Shown here: positions 1-11,008 of the stretch, in pieces
Layout of the letters: the number at the start of each line of letters is the position of its first letter
How positions within the stretch are numbered: the first letter of the stretch is position 1
NCBI GenBank assembly: GCA_965662895.1
Contig: CBFIJH010000007.1
Span: 1 to 64,000, forward strand
Direction of reading: 5' to 3'
Source of the DNA: Candidatus Poseidoniaceae archaeon
GTDB taxonomy: Archaea > Thermoplasmatota > Poseidoniia > Poseidoniales > Poseidoniaceae
DNA: 64,000 bases
The notes under the pieces: model-generated
The model's database searches: none
Told to the model about the DNA's origin: nothing
Seen by the model: only the letters and a program-made list of their open reading frames with translations
Translations under genes and position numbers: made by a program

Positions 1-804
1 GCCTTGTTTGCATACACATCCAGAAAACAATCTCCGAAACAAATCGTATCTGTTGTACTCGGTACCGCATTAGCATCAATTGTTCTGGCCATCCTCGTTC
101 CTTCAGCGCTCGGTGGGGATGCGAATGAGGCCATCTCTGAATTCCTATCACGAGGAACCATCGCATGGCTGGTTCTTCCCTCAGTCTTGGTTGCAATCGT
201 CCCCGTAGGTGCTGAAGTGTTCAATCGAGTCCAATCTTCTGGATTTGGGAAAATAGCTCCAGCAACCCATCTGGTTCACTTTGGTCTACTTCTCTTGCTG
301 ATCGGTCACGTCTTTACAACCGTTCTTGTTGACCGTGGAGATGCTTCACATCGCATTACGTTGGTTCGCGGAGAAATGGTCGAAGTCGACGGCTATGGCT
401 ATGTTTTCGAAGAAATCGTTCTTGAGAATGAAGACCTAGAAGTTGGTGACGGATACGTTGGTGCAGTCATCAGTGTCTATTCGGGTGATGAGAAGATCGG
501 AGAAGTCGAACCGGGATTAATTCGATTCGATGGCTCGAACAATCCTCCGAGAAGTGAAGTGGATACGCTTGTTCGTTACCACGGAGATATCGTTTTCATC
601 TTTGATGGGTCTCAAACGACAGGATTGATGCAACAAGTTTCGAGCGACGGCGCAGATTCGGTTCAACGAATGCGCGTCATCATTTACGACCTACCTGGCT
701 CTCATTTGGTCTGGGCTGGATGGGCCATAATGATGGTCGGTATGGCCTGGTTGACCGTCCTTGATGCACGAAAAACACCCCATCCCCGCAGTGAGGAAGA
801 GTAG
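1..804 (+). CDS. ccmF: Cytochrome c biogenesis protein CcmF, C-terminal part (5' truncated by window)
   Basis: HLVHFGLLLLLIG helix, soluble beta region, RSEVDT..GDIVFIF and terminal P..HLVWAGWAIMMVG match the CcmF C-terminal domain layout. Confidence 0.75.
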   Translation, partial: ALFAYTSRKQSPKQIVSVVLGTALASIVLAILVPSALGGDANEAISEFLSRGTIAWLVLPSVLVAIVPVGAEVFNRVQSSGFGKIAPATHLVHFGLLLLLIGHVFTTVLVDRGDASHRITLVRGEMVEVDGYGYVFEEIVLENEDLEVGDGYVGAVISVYSGDEKIGEVEPGLIRFDGSNNPPRSEVDTLVRYHGDIVFIFDGSQTTGLMQQVSSDGADSVQRMRVIIYDLPGSHLVWAGWAIMMVGMAWLTVLDARKTPHPRSEEE

Positions 805-865
805 GTTTTCATCCAATTGACTTATCAACACCTTGCGAGTCGCCGAAGCATTCAGGTGAACTGAC

Positions 866-1561
866 ATGGAAGAAGGCGATATTATTCACGTTGATTATGA
901 CCTCTACAATGGCGAAACAGGCGATTTGATTGAAACCACCCGTGAAGCCACGGCGCAGGAGCATGAGATGCATGACGAAAACCGTACCTACCAACCTATG
1001 GTTTGTGTAGTCGGCTCCGGTTCCTTGATTCCTGGTTTTGAAGAAGCACTCCTCTCGGCTAAGGTCGACAAGGACGTAGATCTCGAACTCGCTCCTGCCG
1101 ATGCATACGGGGAGAAAGATTCCACGCAAATTGAAACCATCAGCATCGATAAGCTCCGACGCGCAGTTCGTGACCCAAACGCACTCTACCTCGGCGCTCC
1201 AGTCAACATTGGCGGTCGCCAAGGCTACCTCTCGTTCCTTGCAGCAGGCCGTGCTCGAATCGATTACAACCATCCTATGGCTGGTAAATCGCTCAAGTAC
1301 AATTTCAAGATCGTCAAGGTCGTTGAAGGAAAAGAAGAGAAAGTTGCAGCGCTTCTTGAATCAAACACCGGCCACTCCGACTTTGGTGTCTCTTTCGACG
1401 AAGACGACCTAAACATCGTAATCCCTCAAACGATGTTGTTCGACACCAACGCAGCGATGATGAAGTTCCGACTTGTCACCGTTTTACGCGATGCTGTCGA
1501 TTGTGGCAAGGTTTCCTTCATCGAAGAGCACGAACCTCGTGTCATCGCTGAAGAAGAGTGA
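866..1561 (+). CDS. FKBP-type peptidyl-prolyl cis-trans isomerase (long archaeal SlyD-like)
   Basis: GDIIHVDY, LIPGFEEAL, APADAYGE, DYNHPMAGKSL motifs; upstream AGGTGA SD. Confidence 0.93.
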   Translation: MEEGDIIHVDYDLYNGETGDLIETTREATAQEHEMHDENRTYQPMVCVVGSGSLIPGFEEALLSAKVDKDVDLELAPADAYGEKDSTQIETISIDKLRRAVRDPNALYLGAPVNIGGRQGYLSFLAAGRARIDYNHPMAGKSLKYNFKIVKVVEGKEEKVAALLESNTGHSDFGVSFDEDDLNIVIPQTMLFDTNAAMMKFRLVTVLRDAVDCGKVSFIEEHEPRVIAEEE

Positions 1562-1615
1562 ATATAGTGGGAAGAGATATCTCTCAGACCCTTCTCGTCT
1601 GAATGAGGGCGTAGC

Positions 1616-2998
1616 ATGGCAACACTCGAATCGATTGATGAAGTTCTAGCAACGCATCAACCTGCCTTGCCTTCGTCACGAATGTCAATGGTCGAGCAGA
1701 CTCTCACGCGATTGCTCCTTTTTGTTGTCGTAGGGATTGCCCTCGGATTGCTCTTGATGCCTGAAACGATCTGGGACGATGGTTTGCGTCCAATTATTTG
1801 GGAGCCAATTGAGCAAGATGCTGGTGCGCAAGGCGATGCGGGATACTCGTATCAGAATACTGCCATCTACACCTTTGGCTTGCTCGCTTCTGTTGTTGTC
1901 TTCCAAGCACTGTTTCGAACGCTGCAAATGCCTGCAGACGACAAGATGATGATTGCGCTTATTGCTTGGGTCTGCCTTGCACCAATCTTCAGGGTTCTCG
2001 AGGATGCTGATTTTTTCCCATCATCGATTGATTGGTTGCTTATTTCACCAATCATCCACCTTCACCTAGCAACGTGGCTCATTGGCATTGGCTTTGTCTC
2101 GCATTTGATTGGAAAGAAGTGGGACGATGTTGGTGGTGATTTTGGAGAATTGAACATCCGTATGCGATTGGTGCCCCTCCTCTGCCTCTTTCTCTTGTTT
2201 ATGTGGGCCATTCTTTTCCGACCAGGTTATGCAGAGCATGAGATGGGTTTGATTTGGGTAATCCTTGGCTTAGGCGTTGGTTTCGCTAGCCTCATCGTTG
2301 CTTTTCATGCCACTCGGGACTGGCCAACCATCACTCGTGGTCTTCTTGCCTTTGCAGTAGGGGCATGTTTTGTCGGCTTGGGGCATTGGGCGCAACTTGC
2401 AGCAACTCCTTGGGTCCAAGAGTCGGGACGATTGCCAAACGAAGTGGTCTTCTGGCCAGCATTGATTGTTCTCGGTTTACCTGGAATCATTTGTTTTGTT
2501 TTGTATCGTATCGGCAAGGATGATGCGCGGCAACTCAAACTCACCGGTTTTGAAGCAGGGGTTCTCCCAGAAGGCATTAGCATCAAGTCTTGGGAAGCTG
2601 AAGAGAAGGTTGTTGCCAACCATCCCATCGAGCAACTCTCCAACAAAGCATTGCTTGCCAGTCCATTTGTTCTCGCCATGGTTTTCGGTCAATTGTGTGA
2701 CGGTTTTGCGACCATGGTCGGCATTGATTATTTTGGATATTCGGAAAAACATCCACTCAGTGATGCAGTCATCCAATACGGTGGTGGGATTTCAGACAAC
2801 CTTGGGTGGGACGTGGAGGGCGCATGGCTTTTTGCCATTGTCAAAGCGATATTGGTTGGTACAATTGCGTATATTTTCCTCGAAATGCGAGTCGAAAACC
2901 GACAGAAGCATCTTCGGTTGTTGATCGTCCTTGCTGTGCTTATCGTTGGTCTTGCACCAGGTATTCGTGACATTGGTCGACTGATGCTCGGTGTCTAA
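1616..2998 (+). CDS. DUF63 family archaeal membrane protein
   Basis: Multi-TM; [44 protein letters not shown] motifs. Confidence 0.8.
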   Translation: MATLESIDEVLATHQPALPSSRMSMVEQTLTRLLLFVVVGIALGLLLMPETIWDDGLRPIIWEPIEQDAGAQGDAGYSYQNTAIYTFGLLASVVVFQALFRTLQMPADDKMMIALIAWVCLAPIFRVLEDADFFPSSIDWLLISPIIHLHLATWLIGIGFVSHLIGKKWDDVGGDFGELNIRMRLVPLLCLFLLFMWAILFRPGYAEHEMGLIWVILGLGVGFASLIVAFHATRDWPTITRGLLAFAVGACFVGLGHWAQLAATPWVQESGRLPNEVVFWPALIVLGLPGIICFVLYRIGKDDARQLKLTGFEAGVLPEGISIKSWEAEEKVVANHPIEQLSNKALLASPFVLAMVFGQLCDGFATMVGIDYFGYSEKHPLSDAVIQYGGGISDNLGWDVEGAWLFAIVKAILVGTIAYIFLEMRVENRQKHLRLLIVLAVLIVGLAPGIRDIGRLMLGV

Positions 2999-3051
2999 AG
3001 CCACGATGCTTTGAAGGGTTGGACCGAAGTGGTCAACATAGGTGGAAGCAC

Positions 3052-4662
3052 ATGGATCGACTACCGACACGCGTAAACAAAGCCGATCCAGATTATTCTG
3101 CTCGACGAGAACACAATCTTGCTCTTATCGAAACGCTGCGTGAGCGACTCGATCTCGTTCACCAAGGTGGTGGCGAGAAGTACGTTGACCGTCACCGAAG
3201 TCGAAACAAGATGCTGGCTCGGGAGCGAATTGAACGTATTATCGATCCAGGAACCGCTTTCTTGGAACTGTCACCACTTGCTGCATACGACCTCTACGAT
3301 GGTCGAGCCCATTCGGCTGGAATCGTCACTGGCATTGGCTGTGTGCATGGACGCGAAGTCCTTTTCGTTGCCAATGATGCAACGGTCAAAGGTGGATCGT
3401 ATTATCCTATGACGGTCAAGAAGCACATTCGTGCTCAAACAGTTGCACATGAAAACCACCTTCCATGCGTCTACCTCGTTGATTCCGGTGGAGCGTTCCT
3501 GCCGATGCAAGACGAAGTGTTCCCAGACATTGGGCATTTTGGCCGTATTTTCCGCAATCAAGCTCGAATGTCTGGAGACGGTATACCACAGGTTGCAGCC
3601 GTTCTTGGCTCCTGTACTGCGGGTGGGGCCTATGTTCCAGCGATGAGCGATGAATCGATTATCGTCAAAGGCAATGGAACCATTTTCCTTGCTGGTCCTC
3701 CTCTGGTTAAAGCAGCCACAGGTGAAGAGGTTACGGCAGAAGATTTGGGTGGCGCTGAAGTTCACACCGTTCAATCCGGCGTTGCCGATCATTACGCTGA
3801 AGATGAGCCTGAAGCGCTTCGAATGGTTCGAAATGTCCTTGAGAACATTGGTCCAAGAAATCTGGCTCCGGCAGCACTGGAAGAACCCGAACCTCCAGCC
3901 CACGATGTTGAGGACCTACTCGGACTGATTCCAAGCGATAACAGAACACCAATCGATGTCCGTGAAATCATTTCCCGAATCGTCGATGGTTCCCGTTTCC
4001 ACGAATTCAAATCGCGTTATGGAACAACATTGGTGTGCGGTTTCGCTCATATCCATGGGCACAAAGTCGGCATCGTCGCCAACAACGGGATTCTGTTTTC
4101 GGAGTCTTCACTGAAAGGCGCTCACTTCGTTGAATTGTGTGGGCAGCGAGGAATCCCTCTTGTCTTCCTCCAGAACATTACTGGCTTCATGGTCGGTAAG
4201 GCCTACGAAGCAGGTGGGATTGCCAAAGATGGGGCAAAACTTGTCACCGCCGTCTCGTGTGTCAATGTCCCAAAATTCACAGTCATCGTTGGCGGATCTC
4301 ACGGTGCAGGCAACTACGGTATGTGTGGAAGAGCGTACGATCCACGCTTCCTTTTCATGTGGCCAAACAGTCGAATTTCCGTCATGGGTGGTCCACAAGC
4401 AGCCGATGTTCTTACCACAGTCAAGCAAGATCAACGAGAGCGGGAAGGCAAGCATCCAATGGAAGGTGAAGAGCTTGAAAACTTCCGTGCCCCAATCCTC
4501 GAGAAGTACGAGGTTGAAGGTTCACCATACTATTCGACAGCACGACTTTGGGATGATGGAATCATCGATCCACGAGATACACGGGATGTCTTGGGTCTCT
4601 GTCTCGCTGCTGCCAGAAACGCTCCTTTGCCTGAAGGAAAATACGGAATTTTCAGAATGTAA
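3052..4662 (+). CDS. liuB: Acyl-CoA carboxylase carboxyltransferase (methylcrotonyl-CoA carboxylase beta)
   Basis: [48 protein letters not shown]-terminal YGIFRM; start moved to ATG 3052. Confidence 0.92.
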   Translation: MDRLPTRVNKADPDYSARREHNLALIETLRERLDLVHQGGGEKYVDRHRSRNKMLARERIERIIDPGTAFLELSPLAAYDLYDGRAHSAGIVTGIGCVHGREVLFVANDATVKGGSYYPMTVKKHIRAQTVAHENHLPCVYLVDSGGAFLPMQDEVFPDIGHFGRIFRNQARMSGDGIPQVAAVLGSCTAGGAYVPAMSDESIIVKGNGTIFLAGPPLVKAATGEEVTAEDLGGAEVHTVQSGVADHYAEDEPEALRMVRNVLENIGPRNLAPAALEEPEPPAHDVEDLLGLIPSDNRTPIDVREIISRIVDGSRFHEFKSRYGTTLVCGFAHIHGHKVGIVANNGILFSESSLKGAHFVELCGQRGIPLVFLQNITGFMVGKAYEAGGIAKDGAKLVTAVSCVNVPKFTVIVGGSHGAGNYGMCGRAYDPRFLFMWPNSRISVMGGPQAADVLTTVKQDQREREGKHPMEGEELENFRAPILEKYEVEGSPYYSTARLWDDGIIDPRDTRDVLGLCLAAARNAPLPEGKYGIFRM

Positions 4663-4693
4663 ATTCCAATTGAAAATTTAAAATTGCAATTGA
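4661..4693. repeat. AT-rich direct repeat AAATT(C/G)CAATTGA x2 with 20-bp period
   Basis: aaattccaattga at 4661-4673 and aaattgcaattga at 4681-4693; related copies near 51112 and 51212. Confidence 0.7.
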
Positions 4694-4703
4694 GGTTTTT
4701 GAT

Positions 4704-5564
4704 ATGAAAACGATGAAGAATCCACCACAAACTTCCTTGATTCAACTCACCATCGATGGGAGCTGTGCACGAATTGAGTTGGCTCGTGAGGACAAGTTCA
4801 ATGCACTCAACGTTGACATGATCACGGAATTGATTGAGGTCTTTGAATGGACCAAAGAACGTAGTGCAGGCCACAACGATGCACTGGAAGATGAAAACGG
4901 TCAACCTTACCTTCGTACACTTGTTCTTTCAGGTCGTGGTAAGCACTTCTGTGCTGGAGCTGATATCAACATGATGCGTGATGCTGGAGCCAACACACCT
5001 GAAGAAAACAGAAAGGACAGTGAGCGTCTTGACCGTCTGTTCAACGGTCTTTGGTCCCATCCATGTTTCACCATTGGAGCAATACAAGGTGTTGCCCTTG
5101 GTGGAGGTGCAGGTCTTATCGCATGTTTGGATTACGTCGTTGCCACCGAGAATGTCCGCATCGCACTTTCGGAGGGTAAACTCGGTATTCTTCCTGCTGT
5201 TATTGGCCCCTATGTGTATCGTCGTGTCGGTTCAGCGAACTTCCGTCGATTGGCCATGCAAGCCAGTCGAGTCAAATCGGAAGAGGCCCTTCGCATCGGT
5301 TTCATTGAACGTGTTGTTGAGAATGTTGAAGCATTTGATGCTGAGATTGATTTCATCATCGCAGAAGTCCTCACTACTGGCCCTAGTGCTGCAACCCTTG
5401 CCAAGGAATTGAGCCTTGGATTCGATCGTTGGAGCGATGATGATGAATCATTGCGTCGATGGACCCTTGACTTCACCAGTCGGATGCGTGGCTCGAGAGA
5501 AGGTCAGGAAGGTCTCTCGTCTTTCCTCGAAAAGCGTCCTGCGAATTGGAAACCAGAGAAGTGA
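4704..5564 (+). CDS. liuC: Enoyl-CoA hydratase family (probable methylglutaconyl-CoA hydratase)
   Basis: FNAL, FCAGADI, ALGGGAGL, LSEGKLGILPAVI, EGQEGLSSFLEKR; lies between carboxylase subunits. Confidence 0.85.
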   Translation: MKTMKNPPQTSLIQLTIDGSCARIELAREDKFNALNVDMITELIEVFEWTKERSAGHNDALEDENGQPYLRTLVLSGRGKHFCAGADINMMRDAGANTPEENRKDSERLDRLFNGLWSHPCFTIGAIQGVALGGGAGLIACLDYVVATENVRIALSEGKLGILPAVIGPYVYRRVGSANFRRLAMQASRVKSEEALRIGFIERVVENVEAFDAEIDFIIAEVLTTGPSAATLAKELSLGFDRWSDDDESLRRWTLDFTSRMRGSREGQEGLSSFLEKRPANWKPEK

Positions 5565-5573
5565 GGTGAGAAG

Positions 5574-7079
5574 ATGATTGAGCGTGTCCTGGTTGCGAAC
5601 CGTGGCGAAATCGCCTGTCGTATCCTTCGTGCATGCCGAGAAGCGGGTCTTTCAAGCGTTGCAATCTATGCTGAAAACGATCAGGACGGGATGTTCCGAG
5701 AGCTTGCAGACGAATCGGTTCTGCTTGAAGGCGAATCAATTGCTGAGACCTATCTCAATGGATCGGCGATTATTCAAGCGGCAAAGAAGACAGGTGCTGA
5801 TGCCATTCACCCTGGATTTGGCTTTCTCTCAGAGCGTGCAGAATTCGCTCAAGCCGTCATGGATGCTGGTTTGATTTGGATCGGTCCATCTCCTCAAGCC
5901 ATCGAACAGATGGGTGATAAGATGTCTGCGCGTCAAATCATGAAGGCTGCTGGCGTCCCTGTGATCCCAGGTGTTGAAATCGAAGAAGAGGATGAGGTTC
6001 TTGCCATGGAAGCCATTCGTGGTGCAGCCAAGGAAACGGGTTACCCGCTTCTCCTGAAAGCAACTGCAGGAGGCGGTGGTAAAGGGATGCGTGTCGTCAA
6101 CGTTCCAGAAGAACTGGAGAATGGAGCACAATCCGCTCGACGTGAAGCCCTCGCAGCGTTTGGTGATGGACGCGTGTATGTTGAGAAATTACTGATGAAA
6201 TCGAGGCACGTCGAAGTGCAGGTTCTTGCTGATACGCACGGTCGTTGCATCCACTTGGGTGAACGAGAATGCAGTGTTCAGCGTCGTCATCAGAAAGTCT
6301 TCGAAGAAGCCCCATGCTCCTCGATGACACCATCGTTGCGTGACCGAATGGGGCAAGCCGCAGTTGCAGCAGCGCAGGCCGTTGATTATGTTGGAGCTGG
6401 AACGGTGGAATTCCTTCTCGCTGAAGATGAGTCCTTCTATTTCCTCGAGATGAACACACGTATTCAGGTTGAACATCCTGTAACCGAGATGGTCACTGGA
6501 GTTGATTTGGTTCGAGAACAACTGCGGATTGCGAACGGTGAGCCCATGTCCGTTGATGAACTCAACATCCGTGGTCATTCCATCGAAGTCCGTCTCTATG
6601 CTGAGGATGCGACGAACAACTTCCTGCCTGCCATTGGACCTCTCGCTGTGTTCCGTCCACCTACAGGCCCAGGAATACGTCTCGATACGGGTGTTCGTGA
6701 AGGTGATGAGGTCACACCTCATTACGATCCAATGTTAGCGAAACTGATTGTCTTCGCTCCAACACGCGAAGAAGCACTGCAACGTATGCGTCGTGCGTTG
6801 GATGAATTCGTTGTTCTTGGAACAACGACAAACATTGGCTTCTTGCGGGATTTATGCGATGTTCCAGAGGTCGTTTCGGGCGACACCTACACTTCAATGA
6901 TCGACGACTTGTATCCAAACGGTTACGAATTCACACCACGAACGGACCATCTCGATGTCGCCTTAATGACCGCAGCAGTAGCTGAAACAACGGGTATGCA
7001 CCGCCAAACCGTTTCATCTTCACAGGGACCAGCAGGCGTTGCAAGTCCCTTCCAAACGCTCAACAGGAGGTATCCCTGA
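5574..7079 (+). CDS. Biotin carboxylase subunit of acyl-CoA (methylcrotonyl-CoA) carboxylase
   Basis: LVANRGEIA, HPGFGFLSE, GGGGKGMR, ERECSVQRRHQK, EMNTRIQVEHPVTE, YDPMLAKL. Confidence 0.95.
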   Translation: MIERVLVANRGEIACRILRACREAGLSSVAIYAENDQDGMFRELADESVLLEGESIAETYLNGSAIIQAAKKTGADAIHPGFGFLSERAEFAQAVMDAGLIWIGPSPQAIEQMGDKMSARQIMKAAGVPVIPGVEIEEEDEVLAMEAIRGAAKETGYPLLLKATAGGGGKGMRVVNVPEELENGAQSARREALAAFGDGRVYVEKLLMKSRHVEVQVLADTHGRCIHLGERECSVQRRHQKVFEEAPCSSMTPSLRDRMGQAAVAAAQAVDYVGAGTVEFLLAEDESFYFLEMNTRIQVEHPVTEMVTGVDLVREQLRIANGEPMSVDELNIRGHSIEVRLYAEDATNNFLPAIGPLAVFRPPTGPGIRLDTGVREGDEVTPHYDPMLAKLIVFAPTREEALQRMRRALDEFVVLGTTTNIGFLRDLCDVPEVVSGDTYTSMIDDLYPNGYEFTPRTDHLDVALMTAAVAETTGMHRQTVSSSQGPAGVASPFQTLNRRYP

Positions 7080-7540
7080 TGCAGCATGAGTTCCGATACG
7101 GTGGAGAAACGTACGACGTTCTTCTCGAACGTACGCCAAAAATCTGGACCTTTGCCAATCATTGCGCTCACCCACGCGAAGATGGTCGCATTCGAATCTA
7201 CTTCGAAGACGGAACAAAAGCATGGGCCCATGTTGCCAAAGTGGGTGACGTATGGTGGGTTCACCATTCCGGACGAATCTACACCATGGAGCGCATCGAA
7301 GCAGGAGCAAGCAGTGATGAACACCATGGAGGATTGGTTGCTCCAATGCCTGGGGTCGTTCTCGAAGTTCTCGTAACTGCAGGTGAAACTGTTGAAGCAG
7401 GACAAACACTGATGATTCTTGAAGCGATGAAGATGGAACACAGAATCGTAGCCTCTGAAAATGGAATCGTGAACGCTGTGCACTTCAAAGCTGGCGATCG
7501 GGTCGAACAAGGAATAAATTTGCTCGATGTTGATGCTTAG
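7079..7540 (+). CDS. Biotin carboxyl carrier protein with N-terminal BT-like beta region
   Basis: APMPG and EAMKME biotinylation motif; TGATG overlap with upstream gene; AGGAGGT SD at 7065-7071. Confidence 0.92.
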   Translation: MQHEFRYGGETYDVLLERTPKIWTFANHCAHPREDGRIRIYFEDGTKAWAHVAKVGDVWWVHHSGRIYTMERIEAGASSDEHHGGLVAPMPGVVLEVLVTAGETVEAGQTLMILEAMKMEHRIVASENGIVNAVHFKAGDRVEQGINLLDVDA

Positions 7541-7552
7541 TACTTATTAAAA

Positions 7553-8842
7553 CTACCATTGACACGGTTCGAGAATCGCTTGACCTTGCATATACGACTG
7601 CAAGACGTCAGGGATTCGAACACGACCATCCTCGAGTTGATTTTGCTCGATAATGGCCACGAGAGCTCGTGATGTTGCCACAGCAGTTGAGTTGAGTGTG
7701 TGCACCATCGGCTGGTTTGGATGCCCTGGGGTCCCGTATCGGATGTCCAATCGATTGGCTTGATAATCCGTGCAGTTGGAACATGATACGATTTCTTTGA
7801 ACGCCTTTGCACCAGGTAGCCACGCTTCAAGGTCGTACTTTCGTGCGGCGACAGTCCCCATATCACCCGTGCAGATGTTGACCACTTCGTAGTGCAATCC
7901 AAGCGCATCCCAAAGGTCGATGCAATTTTGCAGCAACTCCTCATGAAGTTCCCATGATGTTTCAGGTGTGGCGATGATGATTTGTTCCACCTTCGTGAAT
8001 TGATGAACCCGCCAAATACCTCGATCGGATTGACCATGCGCACCCACTTCGCGTCGGAAACAAGAAGAAACACCGACGATTTTCAGTGGAAGCAATTCTT
8101 CTGGAATCGTTTCCTGCATGTACATGGCAGTCAGTGGATGCTCAGACGTTGCAATCATGTAGTAACCATCAGGGTCGATACCGTACATGACCGTTTCAAA
8201 GTCGGACAAATCCGTAACACCTTCGTACGCTGCACGATTCATCATGACTGGAGGCTGAACAAATGTAAAGCCACGCTGTTGGATAAAATCAACAGCATAG
8301 GACTGCAACGCCATTTCCAAACGTGCTAAATCTCCTTTTAAGAAGTAAAACCGGCTTCCAGTAATCTTTGCGGCGCGTTCCAAATCAACCCATTTGTTTT
8401 CTTCGATCAATTCGTTGTGTGTTTTCGGTTCAAATTCAAAGGATGGCTTCTGGCCATGCAGCGAATGCTTCGTGTTCCCCGATTCGTCCGCTCCGGATGG
8501 GACATCAGGATGCAACAGGTTTGGAATCGACATTCGTATTGCATCTCGTTCTGCGAGAAGGGCATCTGTTTTCTTCTCCATTTCTGAAATCTGTGAGCCA
8601 AGGTCGGCGACTTCAGAGAGAATACGTTGAGCTTCGGCTTCATCTCCTGATTTCTTTGCAGCACCGATACCACGGGCCGCTTCGTTCTTTTGTCGTCGCA
8701 GTTCATTGGTTTCACGGAGCATTCTTTTCCATTGTGTGTCCAAATCAAGGACCTTGTCGATGTTGTCATGCGGAAGACTACGTCGATCATGATCAGCACG
8801 TATTTTGTCGACCTCTTCTCGGAACAACTGAATATCAAGCAC
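7553..8842 (-). CDS. serS: Seryl-tRNA synthetase
   Basis: N-terminal coiled arm, ATSEHPL, FRREVGAHG, RVHQFTKVEQ, EIVSCSNCTDYQ, HTLNST; likely GTG start 8842 after AGGTGA. Confidence 0.97.
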   Translation of the reverse strand: MLDIQLFREEVDKIRADHDRRSLPHDNIDKVLDLDTQWKRMLRETNELRRQKNEAARGIGAAKKSGDEAEAQRILSEVADLGSQISEMEKKTDALLAERDAIRMSIPNLLHPDVPSGADESGNTKHSLHGQKPSFEFEPKTHNELIEENKWVDLERAAKITGSRFYFLKGDLARLEMALQSYAVDFIQQRGFTFVQPPVMMNRAAYEGVTDLSDFETVMYGIDPDGYYMIATSEHPLTAMYMQETIPEELLPLKIVGVSSCFRREVGAHGQSDRGIWRVHQFTKVEQIIIATPETSWELHEELLQNCIDLWDALGLHYEVVNICTGDMGTVAARKYDLEAWLPGAKAFKEIVSCSNCTDYQANRLDIRYGTPGHPNQPMVHTLNSTAVATSRALVAIIEQNQLEDGRVRIPDVLQSYMQGQAILEPCQW

Positions 8843-8851
8843 TTGAATCAC

Positions 8852-11008
8852 CTAGAAACTAATGTTAAACTGGAACATCGCCATACCAATCGTCAACAAT
8901 CCTCCAACAATGTATCCAAGGATTGCACCGCCATTCAACAGTGGTAGTCCGGCTTGCGCCTGACCTTTGCCAACATAATACATGAGTACCGAATAACCGA
9001 TGAGGCTTCCGACGAGTGTTGCCATCGCCATAACAAAGCCATCATCGCCACCAACGTATTGAAGCGTGGAAAGGACAAGCATTCCTGGGAAGATGACATC
9101 ACCAAGACCCATGAGCATAGCATCGTTGCTCTTGGCAACCACTCGTTCTTGAGCAACAACCGGTTTGGCAACATCTGGCGTTTCAGGAGATGCATGAACG
9201 GTAGCACGCTCTGTACGCATTGAGTAATCCGAGTCTTGAGGTGCAACGAGCAAAATCGGTAAATTGAGATTCATCATCGTATCCGCCAGATCGAGCATGT
9301 GTTTGGATTTGTAAACAGCCCATGCATCGTACACCGCTGCAGCAATCATGAACACCATAATCAACGTTGGAACAAATGAAACGCCGAGCATGACGATGAC
9401 GCCACTTCCGACAAGAATTCCAACTGTATTGACGACGTACCACTCACTGTGAACATAGAGCAAAACCATGAGCAAGATGCTGAGGAGGATGCCAATGATG
9501 GTTGGAATGTCTTCAATGACAAGGCCTCCGACCAAAAACATCGATGCATCAACAATGCCCGAGGACGTGGAGAAGGATGCATTGACAAAGTCCCCAGTTT
9601 CGGTCACATAGGCTTGGATAATGACCGTCGAGTAAAGGTGAATGGTCTCGTTTTCAATGTCTGCTTGGGTTTCACCAAATGCAACGGAAACGTCCTCTCC
9701 CTCAGGCACATCGATGATTAATCGTTGGACCATGGATGCTCCATACAGCAGACGAGCATCTTTGTCTGTCGTAATCAACAGTTCAGTGTATCCGGTCGCG
9801 TCAATATCTGTCAATCGAACATCACGAATGCTGTTTGCAAAATTCTGAATGCTGACTTTGCTTTCTTCAGCGAACATTGGAACTTCATTCGGAGAATATG
9901 ACCAAGCGAGAACATCACCGCCTTCGGTACCCAGCACAATCAGTTGTTCACCATTCGTGGAATCTTGCATCGGTGTTTCTGCAACATTCGAATATCCGAT
10001 GTCAAGGGATGTGAACCCATCTTCAGAGGTTGCATTGTACGCAAGTTGAGCGTCATCATAGATCTCCTCATCGCCAGGGGAAGGGGCAACATTGCTGGTT
10101 TCTTCGAGTTCGATGATTGCTGCCATGTTTTTGCTGACCATCAGAACGTGGTCGTCACTCATGCGTTCAATCTCGATAAGTTGTGAAACTTGGATTTCTT
10201 GTGGAAGAGACCATGTTGCTTGGTAGAACATTTGGTTGGGGAAATCTGTATTGGTGATGAATCTATGAAGCCGATCTGCATAATCGATTACATAAACGGA
10301 GTCTTCCGTTTCAACAGCAACTGCACATCCACTCTCCAAAATAGAAGTGATTTCGCCTTGCTCATCGGATTCCAAGCATGTGTATGTTGATTCTAGGGTT
10401 CCATCCGATAATGCAAGTGTGTGGATAAATTCTCCATTGGTGATGGTTACGGTATTCGGGCCGGGTGCGACAATCAATTGTTGAAATTCTGACGTTATGT
10501 TGCCATGTTGGACATCCGTTTCCCAGATTGGTTCTTCCTCTCCCCATTGCATGAGTCGGATTGTGTTCACAAGCTCCCCATCGCGTTCAATTCTTTGATT
10601 TTCAAGATACTGATCCATTCCGATTTCGGTCAGATATTCGGTATTTTTGTCCTGGGTTGAATCGTACTCGAACGGTGTAACGCTATCATCGACGAGAACC
10701 TGATGAGCAAGGGGAACGTTGGCATAGAGGAGTGCAATGAAGAGAATCCCCATGATTCCGTATTTGATGATCCATTCTTTCTTGTATTTTGCAAGCATGA
10801 GGATGGCTGCAGTAAAAATGAAGATCATAATTAACTCAAGACCAATATAGCGCAATTGTGAGGCTCCAGCCTCACCAAATGCTTGCAGTCCAGCCTTATC
10901 GTACCAGGGTCGGATGTACATGGCGAGGAAGATGGTTGCGACAAACATCGCTGCCATACCAATCATCGAAGGGAGTTGTCGACGAAAGTCCTCCGCTACG
11001 TCGCTCAT
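8852..11008 (-). CDS. Presenilin-family (A22) intramembrane aspartyl protease with large inserted soluble domain
   Basis: YDAWAVYKSKHM (YD), MGLGD (GxGD) and QAGLPLLN (PAL-like) motifs; ~390-aa hydrophilic insert after third TM. Confidence 0.9.
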   Translation of the reverse strand: MSDVAEDFRRQLPSMIGMAAMFVATIFLAMYIRPWYDKAGLQAFGEAGASQLRYIGLELIMIFIFTAAILMLAKYKKEWIIKYGIMGILFIALLYANVPLAHQVLVDDSVTPFEYDSTQDKNTEYLTEIGMDQYLENQRIERDGELVNTIRLMQWGEEEPIWETDVQHGNITSEFQQLIVAPGPNTVTITNGEFIHTLALSDGTLESTYTCLESDEQGEITSILESGCAVAVETEDSVYVIDYADRLHRFITNTDFPNQMFYQATWSLPQEIQVSQLIEIERMSDDHVLMVSKNMAAIIELEETSNVAPSPGDEEIYDDAQLAYNATSEDGFTSLDIGYSNVAETPMQDSTNGEQLIVLGTEGGDVLAWSYSPNEVPMFAEESKVSIQNFANSIRDVRLTDIDATGYTELLITTDKDARLLYGASMVQRLIIDVPEGEDVSVAFGETQADIENETIHLYSTVIIQAYVTETGDFVNASFSTSSGIVDASMFLVGGLVIEDIPTIIGILLSILLMVLLYVHSEWYVVNTVGILVGSGVIVMLGVSFVPTLIMVFMIAAAVYDAWAVYKSKHMLDLADTMMNLNLPILLVAPQDSDYSMRTERATVHASPETPDVAKPVVAQERVVAKSNDAMLMGLGDVIFPGMLVLSTLQYVGGDDGFVMAMATLVGSLIGYSVLMYYVGKGQAQAGLPLLNGGAILGYIVGGLLTIGMAMFQFNISF

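Noticed and set aside
7065-7090. AGG AGG TAT CCC TGA resembles the prfB +1 frameshift cassette (AGG GGG TAT CTT TGA)
   Set aside because: The +1 frame reads CCT GAT GCA GCA TGA and stops; BCCP is in the -1 frame, and AGGAGGT is well placed as the SD for ATG 7079
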